Below are positions 9,901 through 16,366 of a DNA stretch of 30,811 nt, piece by piece (within the stretch, counting starts at the first letter, position 1; every line of letters begins with the position of its first letter). The translations under genes and the position numbers were made by a program. The DNA is from a virus (lineage: Duplodnaviria; Caudoviricetes). Under the pieces are notes generated by a model. The model saw only the letters and a list, made by a program, of their open reading frames with translations. It was not told the origin of the DNA and ran no database searches. Location of the stretch: IMG/VR virus record IMGVR_UViG_3300005804_000121, positions 1 to 30,811 of that record. One strand, given 5' to 3'.

Positions 9901-10089
9901 GAAGTCAGGATTACCAGCTTCGGTGGCTTTGGGTAGAATAGTGATGTCCGGCTTTTTCTTATTCGTTATTTCCGCATATTGCAAGAGCAGGATTTTGATA
10001 TGCTCATAAAAGCTCTCTTCTCGGGCGTCGCCTTGGTTCAGCGTGGCTTGCAAATTGGCAAGGTACTGTTTGAATATTGCTTCCGCCAT
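6943..10089 (-). CDS. Single-chain restriction-modification enzyme (Type IIG / helicase-less Type ISP-like; N6-adenine MTase)
   Basis: N-terminal PD-(D/E)xK nuclease (GNPDF...YIEAK), GVYYTP, motif I LDPAAGT, motif IV GNPPY, and a Type ISP-like C-terminal specificity region (LYRPFD, DFPRIP, YHIGGYQVL..YLKDRK). No SF2 helicase motifs seen. Confidence 0.88.
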   Translation of the reverse strand: MAEAIFKQYLANLQATLNQGDAREESFYEHIKILLLQYAEITNKKKPDITILPKATEAGNPDFRVWDGKNHITGYIEAKAPSVLHLDQIETSDQLKRYLKVFPNLILTNFYEFRLYQHGTMICTAMIGRASNAITLHKTPPLEQADQFSYLLERYFAFSLPAIDNPKSLAKELAKRTRFLRDEIIAIELAEEERQGKKVLLGFYDSFKRLLINKLTHEQFADLYAQTLTYGIFAARIKSEGEFNRELIYKYIPNTLGVLKSIFKFISYDEPPTALEVLIDDIAEILCVTDIKKILHAYYKEGKGSDPIIHFYETFLSEYDPTLREKRGVYYTPEPVVRYIVKSIHSILKSHFNLKDGLADSAVTLLDPAAGTLTFPAEAIKLAVPEYTTKYGSGSVKQMIKHHIIPHFYALELMMAPYTVGHLKISYLLDELGYQMTEDERFKLYLSNTLEKDLPAQIETPFTHEITEECLLANKVKQDEPVLVILGNPPYSVNSENTNEWTEQLLKQDLDGATSYYKVDGMPLGEANPKMLQDDYVKFIRFAQWKIQKAGKGIMGMVTNHSYIDNATFKGMRQSLMHTFDQIYVLDLHGNSTKKETAPDGSKDENVFDIRTGVAILIMIKDSNAEKRFYHGDLYGLRSAKYDCLNDNSIDSFEYTLIEPKQPFYLFKPLTDDNTQYLSWEKVNDIFPLNSAGIKTARDNLTIQFNRLIMLNTVNQFAKLDAETARQAYELGIDSRDWKVDLAQKDLKESTLNSDNIKPILYRPFDIRYTYYTGKCRGFHSMPRNEVMQHFRESNLGLILGRQGQVVGSGYLWNLAFISSKIIDNNVYYRGGGVLLPLYLYPDLHSDDLFATQETQVNIKPELLADFTKQSIAAETIFFYIYSIMYSNIYRERYAEYLKIDFPRIPFTKDTQLFKQMAGYGKAIADLHLMQSSELDTPIAKYQGNSDNDRVEQVSYDVAQGRIYINPDKYFEGINTEVWSYHIGGYQVLHKYLKDRKGRIMDNPIYFCRMITAISKTIEIQAQIDEIYDDVEGTVGALAYEFSNSKNC

Positions 10090-10223
10090 AGTATCTATTC
10101 CTTTTTGAGATAGTCACATGTATTATTATAGTCAGCTTGATTTCTCAATTTATCATATACATTTGTCTGCTCATATCAGGTCAAGGAAAAAAACTCACAC
10201 CTGAACGCAAAGAACCACATCTA

Positions 10224-10380
10224 TTGAAATACCACATTGGAGGTTATCCATAGCTACATGAATATCTGAAAGCCGAAAGGGCAAGAACTTGATCGACCAC
10301 TCCAATACTACGGGATGGTTACTGCTATTGCATAGACAAACGCTCTCCAGTCTAAGTAACATAAACTTATCGGAAGTGTG
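10224..10380 (+). pseudogene. Decayed fragment of the 3' end of a paralogous Type ISP-like R-M gene, inverted relative to 6943-10089
   Basis: Reads YHIGGYP*LHEYLK/RKGKNLID/LQYYGMVTAIA*TNALQ (stops and two 1-nt deletions), collinear with YHIGGYQVLHKYLKDRKGRIMDNPIYFCRMITAISKTIEIQ of the intact gene. 42/54 nt identical over the first 18 codons. Confidence 0.8.
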
Positions 10381-10389
10381 ATCCAATAG

Positions 10390-10415
10390 AAAAAGCCCGG
10401 GTTGACCCGGGCTTT
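10390..10415. terminator. Intrinsic terminator, probably bidirectional
   Basis: AAAAA-GCCCGGG-TTGA-CCCGGGC-TTT; gives a 5-U tract on the minus strand just downstream of the stop at 10434. Confidence 0.8.
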
Positions 10416-10433
10416 ACATGGTGTCATATGATA

Positions 10434-11135
10434 CTATTTTAGCAGGAGCATTTTCGCAGTTTTCGTGGAATTACTGCACTCAATGCGATAGAAATATACC
10501 CCCGATGCAACAGGTGTGTTCTTGCCATCCCTACCATTCCAAACTACGGAATTCAAACCCGCAAGTCTGTTTTCATCCAATAAAGTTGTGACTTTTTGAC
10601 CTCTGATGTTATAGATTTCTAACTTGACGTTTGAGTCTGACTTCATCTGGAATCTTATTGAAGTAGTCGGGTTGAAGGGATTGGGGTAGTTACCCATTAA
10701 CAGAAGAGGTGGTGTTGTGTCAGTGCTGCTTTCAGTTTCACTTAAGTGCGATATCGAGCTCAGAAGTGCTTCTCTGTTCTGCTGATGTAATGCAGATGAA
10801 ACAGGAATATACTGTGACAGCTGACCACTACATCTTCCGTTGCTTTCGAGATAAGTATCTCCCAAATCAATCACGGCATAGCATGAATCTTGAAAGGCAG
10901 GATTGTTTCGCAGGATTGACTCATAATGGTCGATTGCTTGTGTAAACCTTGCTGTTTCTCTGTAAATCAAAGCTCTGACATTCTTCATGGGTTTATGGAG
11001 CAGATTGTAGTTGGCATCAGCAATGTACTGATCCAGTTGTGTTTCGAACAATGTGATTTCGCCGAGTTGATTGTAACACTCAAACAGAGCATAGAGAGAC
11101 GCTACATCACTTTCGCTAATCAGAGAATCAGCCAA
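10434..11135 (-). CDS. C-terminal fragment: TPR-like helices plus FlgD-Ig / T9SS type A sorting domain
   Basis: GNYPNPFNPTTSIRF...LEIYNIRGQKV...WNGRD...VASGVYFYRI...KMLLLK. TTG start, no signal peptide, in frame with the upstream protease. Confidence 0.7.
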   Translation of the reverse strand: MADSLISESDVASLYALFECYNQLGEITLFETQLDQYIADANYNLLHKPMKNVRALIYRETARFTQAIDHYESILRNNPAFQDSCYAVIDLGDTYLESNGRCSGQLSQYIPVSSALHQQNREALLSSISHLSETESSTDTTPPLLLMGNYPNPFNPTTSIRFQMKSDSNVKLEIYNIRGQKVTTLLDENRLAGLNSVVWNGRDGKNTPVASGVYFYRIECSNSTKTAKMLLLK

Positions 11136-11171
11136 TACTCCATTAAAGCTGTTAATCGCATTACGAAACTC

Positions 11172-14100
11172 TCAATTCAGCATGTAAGCAAATCCATCCT
11201 CAAACATGCTTGAGCCTTGATCTTCTCTGATTATAGTCAGGTTTGGTTGCATATCATAAGGAAGGAAAGCAACCCTGTTTGCTGGGTTTATCGTAGCTGT
11301 AACTTCTCTTAAGTCGGTATGCCCCCACCAGTTATTCTCTGCATGAATCGGTCCAGACATCAAAGGTAGATTTTGAAGGTAGAGATTATACCTATCATTT
11401 TCCAGATTATTATGTCCATCTTTTAAAACTGGTGTGGAAGAGTCTGAAAAAACACCATACTCATTGCCTGCGATTTCGTTTAGCCCGTTTTGTAACAATA
11501 CTGTGCTATTTAGCATCGGACTTGCATAATGGTAGGCACTTAAAGCATGTATAGCGTCAGTTAGGTAATTATTGAACATGTTAACCGTAGCATTATAACA
11601 GTTTACATTCTGGAGGTTATTGTAAAACTTGCTGTTCTTGATAAACCTGTTACCTGTATAGGAGATATCCAAGGCTTGACGAGATCCAGTAACTTCTGCC
11701 CAGTTCATATCAAGATTACTCCCATTAGTAACATTAATACCCTTCCAGTATTCGTTATCTGAACCACCACCTAGACTTCTAATGATTACCGGTTTTTCTT
11801 CGCTGCCAATGATGTTGAAAGATGACCTGTTTAGTGTTAAATTGTTTTCAGCTTCAAATCTGCCAACCACTCCTTCGTTAATTGTGAAAACAGAGGAATA
11901 TGCTGTAACTTGCTTATCGACTATAAATGGGTGCTTAATGGTGATATTCCCGTGAACTTCTTTTGGTATTGGTTGTTCATAGCAACCAGTATGCCTTGAA
12001 GATTGCCTACGTTGAGAACAATCTGTCTTATTAGAACCAGAAGCCCCAAATGAGTAACCGTAGAGAATTCCACCTTGAGAAATTGCATAGAGTATCCTGT
12101 TTGATCCCTTGTTAGCCGTTGCCATGGAAATCAATGAAACACTATTTCCTAAGAACGTACGATAATCCCATGCTTCAAGAAAATTGAAACTGTTCGGTAG
12201 AGATGGGTTGTAAGTAAGTTTATAGTAACTAATTGTATTTCCCGACATCAGCACTAATTGCTGTGGGTAAATACCGGTTTCATGAGTGAGCAGATCATCT
12301 GCTAAAACATTTAGGATTCTCGTTGAAGTTGGGATAGTCAGAGGGAACCCTCCTGGGCTTCCAGGTAAACCATTAGCGATTGCTAAACCATATTGCTCAG
12401 TATAATTTGGATTATAAATTACAGACATTTTTGAGTAGATTGATGCAATATTTGATGATAAGCCAATCACTTTGGCTACTTCTCTGTTGTAGATTGTCGT
12501 GCTGAACAACTGACTACTGTCCACCATGATGTCAGCGGGAATTGAGTAGAAGAAATTGAATGCATTGCCATCGGTAGAATTAACCATAAAGGCAATTTCC
12601 CTAATCCCATCCTCATTAATATCAACAATACTCGGTGGTAATGCGGAATCCGCTATCAGAGTAGTCGAGGTCTTTTCAACGGAAACAACAAGTGAGCCAT
12701 TAGCTATTTTCAGGACCTGAAATCTAAACCAAGCTGGATTACTCAACTTATAAGGTACAACAATTTCGTATCCTGATTCATGGTCAACATCACCAACGGC
12801 AGGAGTTGCCAAAGTAATCATATTGGTTTGATGCGAGAGTGTCGCTAAATTCACGAAATCTATCACTTTTACCACTGAATACGATGTTCCATTTGTGCTA
12901 TAAATGATATCGAGGATATTGTCTCCAGTTACATCTTCAAGAATTGAAGAGCCAACAGTCACTTCGTTCATAGAATAAGGGAATGTTCGTAGCTGAGCGA
13001 AGGTTTTATCATATACATGAACATTTCCGAACAAGTCTACCGCTACAATTTCCTTATGCCCATCGGCATTGATATCTCCAATTGATGGGTTTACCGTTAT
13101 GCTTTGTGGAAGAGTCCCAACATGATTCCATACATTGTTTTTATAACAAAATAAGCGACCCGCAGATGTCCCGGCTAGCAACTCATCATCTCCAACGCCA
13201 TCAAGATTGCTAACAACCAAATCTGTCGTAATTGTCTCTCCCTGCAGCATGGTTATACTGGATACTATAGATGCAGTGTTTTGCAATATATTGATGTACA
13301 ATATATAAACTCTATCGGGCATTTCATTCGCACGGATTGTAATAGTTATTGGAATGTTGGTTCTTACTTGATTGCTCCAATCTCGAATCCACATATTTTC
13401 TGTCCAGATTGTTGTTTCGGCCGCAATATTACCGATGCTATATCGATCAATCTCGCCAGGATAAGAAAACGTAATGTTCGGGTCAGTTGTACTCATGCTG
13501 ACTCTAACGTTAGTGCCCGCAACCCATTTATTCTTAATCTGTAGTTTAATAGACTGAGAGGAACCCCATTCCATCGAGGGTAAATTCCATACATATTCAT
13601 CTATGGGATAATCATATCTGTCATCAATATCATCTGGACCAATTTGATACTGCCTTAGTGAAAGATTAGGGTGAGGAGTCATCAATGCTTCCTGGGCATT
13701 GATAATGCCTGATCCCCAACCATTGTAAACGGTATAATCATTGGTATGAAAATCCTGTGCGGATTTAACAAGAATATCCTTTATGTCTTGCATATCCATG
13801 GTTTCATTGCTAATCTCTGAGTAATATTTAGCCCATAGCATTCCCATTAAACCGCTTACATGGGCTGCAGATAATGACGTGCCTTTCAGGAAATCATAAC
13901 TCGGACTCTCAGTCCATCCTCCACATTGAAAATTATAGAAAGGATCATTGGTGGATTGATTCTGCGAATAGTGCATTCTATATGGAGATAAGCTATTATA
14001 GAGGGGAAGTGTAGATACTACGCCATTGCTTGAGTCGTGAGCTCCATCCCATAGAAATTGAGATCCAGAGGGTGCGCAAACAGATATCCAATTTGTTCCA

Positions 14101-15092
14101 CTCGATCCACTGAACTCCTTGGTGTTTTCATTGTTTGAACCCCCAACAGCAATCACATTTGCTCGCGTGGCCGACCAATACCCCGGATAAGTTGTTCCAT
14201 TGACTCCCCTTGCAGCAATGAAGAGAACCCCCGCGTTAACAGGATCGTCTATTATGTCAGATAACTCGCTAATCGGAACATCTAGTGTATAAACTACCCA
14301 ACTGCAATTGATAATGTTGGCACCATTTGCGATAGCCCATTCAATGCCTTCGCATACGTCGGAAAGTAAGCCTATTCTATTATAGTCAAACGCCTTTATC
14401 GGCATTATTTTAACGTTGCTACCTGTCACTAATGAGGAAATACCTGTAACGTTATTCGTCTGAGCCGCAATAAGCCCGGCCACTAAAGTTCCGTGTCCAT
14501 GGTCGTCCATTGCTGGCTGTCCAGAAAAGACGAGATTAGTTCCGATTACATTGTTGTTTTGGTCTCTTAAGATGTTGTTAGTCAGATCCGGATGATTGAA
14601 GTCAATCCCCGTATCCACAACGGCAATCCTAACTGCCTGGGGAGCTTGAATACTACCTGCAAGAGTATAATAGCTATCGTTAGCCTTAATGCGCTGCATG
14701 TTCCATTGGTACGAATTGAAGGGGTCATTGGTACATAGATGGACATAGAAATCGTAACGAACGTCCTGCACAGAGCTTTGCAGATCGAAGGATGTTACAA
14801 TGGTCTCTAAATCTATAGAGTCCGGAAAGCAGATGAGATACTTGTTCTGTTGGTACGCTCGTGTGCTCCCCGCATACATCTGCCGAAGCACATCGATTTG
14901 ATATTGAACTGCCAGATTGTTGAACCATGTTTGATCCGTCTCGATGATCCCATCTGAACGGGTTCCGATAGTTTGAAATGCCTGGTTGACCTTGATGATC
15001 AATCTGCCTGGGGCTACGCTTGTGGTATCGGGAACCTGTGCCCACAGTTGAAGGCAGAACAGCACTACGACTAAGGTGATGAGTGTTCTCAT
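11172..15092 (-). CDS. Secreted subtilisin-family (S8) serine peptidase with FG-GAP/VCBS repeats and a beta-helix region
   Basis: Signal peptide MRTLITLVVVLFCLQLWA-Q; catalytic triad motifs VVDTGID, HGHGTLVAG and GTSLSAAHVSG; repeats GDINADGHKEIV, DVTGDNILDII, GDVDHESGYEIV and DINEDGIREIA; RBS GGAGG. Confidence 0.88.
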   Translation of the reverse strand: MRTLITLVVVLFCLQLWAQVPDTTSVAPGRLIIKVNQAFQTIGTRSDGIIETDQTWFNNLAVQYQIDVLRQMYAGSTRAYQQNKYLICFPDSIDLETIVTSFDLQSSVQDVRYDFYVHLCTNDPFNSYQWNMQRIKANDSYYTLAGSIQAPQAVRIAVVDTGIDFNHPDLTNNILRDQNNNVIGTNLVFSGQPAMDDHGHGTLVAGLIAAQTNNVTGISSLVTGSNVKIMPIKAFDYNRIGLLSDVCEGIEWAIANGANIINCSWVVYTLDVPISELSDIIDDPVNAGVLFIAARGVNGTTYPGYWSATRANVIAVGGSNNENTKEFSGSSGTNWISVCAPSGSQFLWDGAHDSSNGVVSTLPLYNSLSPYRMHYSQNQSTNDPFYNFQCGGWTESPSYDFLKGTSLSAAHVSGLMGMLWAKYYSEISNETMDMQDIKDILVKSAQDFHTNDYTVYNGWGSGIINAQEALMTPHPNLSLRQYQIGPDDIDDRYDYPIDEYVWNLPSMEWGSSQSIKLQIKNKWVAGTNVRVSMSTTDPNITFSYPGEIDRYSIGNIAAETTIWTENMWIRDWSNQVRTNIPITITIRANEMPDRVYILYINILQNTASIVSSITMLQGETITTDLVVSNLDGVGDDELLAGTSAGRLFCYKNNVWNHVGTLPQSITVNPSIGDINADGHKEIVAVDLFGNVHVYDKTFAQLRTFPYSMNEVTVGSSILEDVTGDNILDIIYSTNGTSYSVVKVIDFVNLATLSHQTNMITLATPAVGDVDHESGYEIVVPYKLSNPAWFRFQVLKIANGSLVVSVEKTSTTLIADSALPPSIVDINEDGIREIAFMVNSTDGNAFNFFYSIPADIMVDSSQLFSTTIYNREVAKVIGLSSNIASIYSKMSVIYNPNYTEQYGLAIANGLPGSPGGFPLTIPTSTRILNVLADDLLTHETGIYPQQLVLMSGNTISYYKLTYNPSLPNSFNFLEAWDYRTFLGNSVSLISMATANKGSNRILYAISQGGILYGYSFGASGSNKTDCSQRRQSSRHTGCYEQPIPKEVHGNITIKHPFIVDKQVTAYSSVFTINEGVVGRFEAENNLTLNRSSFNIIGSEEKPVIIRSLGGGSDNEYWKGINVTNGSNLDMNWAEVTGSRQALDISYTGNRFIKNSKFYNNLQNVNCYNATVNMFNNYLTDAIHALSAYHYASPMLNSTVLLQNGLNEIAGNEYGVFSDSSTPVLKDGHNNLENDRYNLYLQNLPLMSGPIHAENNWWGHTDLREVTATINPANRVAFLPYDMQPNLTIIREDQGSSMFEDGFAYMLN

Positions 15093-15103
15093 CTTTCCTC
15101 CCT

Positions 15104-16120
15104 TTATTTTAGGCAGGTGATTTTTTTAGTGATCATCTCACTACCTGCCTTTACCTGCAATAGATATATGCCACTTGATAAATCGTTTGTATTCATGCGT
15201 ATGTTATGAGTGCCCGTAGAATAATGAATTGAGCCAAATTCCTTTACCACCCGTCCCCTCAGATCATAGAGCTTTATGCTTAGCTCTGTATTGTTTTTTA
15301 GGCTTATGTCCAATGTAACCTGGGAAGAAAACGGATTCGGACTCCAAGCTACATTAACTAAAACAGCGGGACTAATATCCTCCGAAACAGAACTGGGATT
15401 GTAGAATGTGTAAAACATGATTGGATCGTATTCTCCAAATACGTTCTCCATGCTTGCAAATGACACAAAATCCGGTCCATAATCGTAATCAGTATTGATC
15501 TGGAAAGCGATCCTGTATTGGCTGTAGAGATTGCCAATTGCCAGGTCATGCAATACGCAATCGGTAACATCCAGATAGCGGTAGCCTGCTTCACCATGAT
15601 TTCCCGGTTCATTAATTCCCTGCCAGGTAATCTCGCCTACATTGGGATTAAAGGTATAGGGATTGCCTTCATCTCCTTTTGCCCAGTCGCCAAGATCCAA
15701 GCTAATGCCATAATCAACGTGGCTTACTATGCACTTGATAGTGTCACCCCCTATCACATTCCAATAGGGGTAATAAGTGAAGCCCTCGTGACTTTCTGGA
15801 AAAATGCATCCAATACTCTTATACTGATATAGCCGCATGGTAGTGTTCACCAGTTCGTACCCATCAGGGATAACAGGCAAAGGAAAGCTCAAATATCCTC
15901 TGGATGATCCATGCTCAATCCAGCCGGAAAGATCCCCAACCACAAATTCATAAGTACTTGAATTTTGGTATATGGGAACACCTGTACTATCAGCTGTTAT
16001 TCCACCATCCAACTCCGGAATGGCATACAGGCTGTCCACGGTTGTAGAGCCATCTTCCGTCATCTGCGCTAACAACTGAACACAAAACAGCATTATGATA
16101 AAAATGAGGAGTGCTCTCAC
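15104..16120 (-). CDS. Secreted protein with a T9SS type A sorting-like C-terminal domain
   Basis: Start reassigned to GTG 16120, after AGGAGG, giving signal peptide MRALLIFIIMLFCVQLLA-Q. C-terminus SPNPFSS...LYDLRGRVV...LSSGIYLLQV...KKITCLK. Confidence 0.8.
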   Translation of the reverse strand: MRALLIFIIMLFCVQLLAQMTEDGSTTVDSLYAIPELDGGITADSTGVPIYQNSSTYEFVVGDLSGWIEHGSSRGYLSFPLPVIPDGYELVNTTMRLYQYKSIGCIFPESHEGFTYYPYWNVIGGDTIKCIVSHVDYGISLDLGDWAKGDEGNPYTFNPNVGEITWQGINEPGNHGEAGYRYLDVTDCVLHDLAIGNLYSQYRIAFQINTDYDYGPDFVSFASMENVFGEYDPIMFYTFYNPSSVSEDISPAVLVNVAWSPNPFSSQVTLDISLKNNTELSIKLYDLRGRVVKEFGSIHYSTGTHNIRMNTNDLSSGIYLLQVKAGSEMITKKITCLK

Positions 16121-16233
16121 TCTTCCTCCTAATAACTTCAAATATACACAATCTCCATTTATAAAGCTATATCGTATGACCATACAATCATACCTATTGG
16201 GCTAGTGTTTTTCTCTATTTTGGCATTAAGTCT

Positions 16234-16262
16234 ATAATAAAAAAACATGTTTTTTCTGTCAA
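16234..16262 (-). promoter_or_regulatory. Sigma70-type promoter for the cargo operon, with a palindromic spacer
   Basis: Minus strand TTGACA-17 nt-TATTAT; the spacer contains the perfect palindrome AAAAAACATGTTTTTT (16240-16255). Confidence 0.65.
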
Positions 16263-16271
16263 CCCTAATTT

Positions 16272-16298
16272 CTGTCGCATCCTTATGCATCCGTATTT
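16272..16298 (+). promoter_or_regulatory. Putative regulator-binding motif, copy 2 (CTGTCGCATCCTTATGCATCCGTATTT)
   Basis: Contains a GCATCC direct repeat with 10-bp period; 19/27 identical to 2794-2820; upstream of the lysin/morphogenesis operon. Confidence 0.5.
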
Positions 16299-16319
16299 GT
16301 GTTGATACAGGGTCATGGC

Positions 16320-16361
16320 TTCCTTGCACCGGATAGAGTATCCAATACTGCTCGCAAGGAG
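16320..16361 (+). promoter_or_regulatory. Leader hairpin sequestering the lysozyme RBS
   Basis: TCCTTGC (16321-16327) pairs with GCAAGGA (16354-16360), which overlaps the AAGGAG SD; inner stem GGATA-GAG-TATCC. Confidence 0.55.
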
Positions 16362-16366
16362 ATACG

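Larger units (their letters stand above)
10434..15092 (-). pseudogene. Secreted S8 protease with C-terminal sorting domain, interrupted by one in-frame TGA at 11172-11174
   Basis: ORFs 11172-15092 and 10434-11135 share a frame; the junction reads ...DGFAYMLN*EFRNAINSFNGVLADS.... Without the stop this is one 1552-codon protein. Confidence 0.75.

Noticed and set aside
10125-10184. Promoter for the R-M gene (TTGACC at 10184-10179, TATAAT at 10130-10125, minus strand)
   Set aside because: Both hexamers exist, but neither has a partner at 16-18 bp spacing, so no specific promoter can be called.
10266-10285. CTGAAAGCCGAAAGGGC as a hammerhead ribozyme core
   Set aside because: Lacks the CUGANGA...GAAA arrangement with flanking stems; better explained as decayed codons (LK-RKG) of the R-M relic.
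7021-10380. Diversity-generating retroelement TR/VR pair formed by the R-M 3' end and its relic
   Set aside because: Differences are not adenine-specific, include indels and many synonymous changes, the copies are inverted, and no reverse transcriptase is present.
10195-10386. 63-aa minus-strand ORF in the ORF track
   Set aside because: It is the antisense shadow of the + strand R-M relic, with no clear RBS or family features.
11172-11174. Selenocysteine or genetic-code reassignment of the in-frame TGA
   Set aside because: No Cys-like redox context and no convincing SECIS-type hairpin directly downstream. Many other genes here end in TGA with ATGA/GTGA overlaps, consistent with code 11.
16121-16183. 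ORF-track start at 16183 for the secreted protein (likewise 2133 for DUF3164)
   Set aside because: Downstream starts (GTG 16120, ATG 2169) have strong SD sequences, and GTG 16120 places the signal peptide at the N-terminus.
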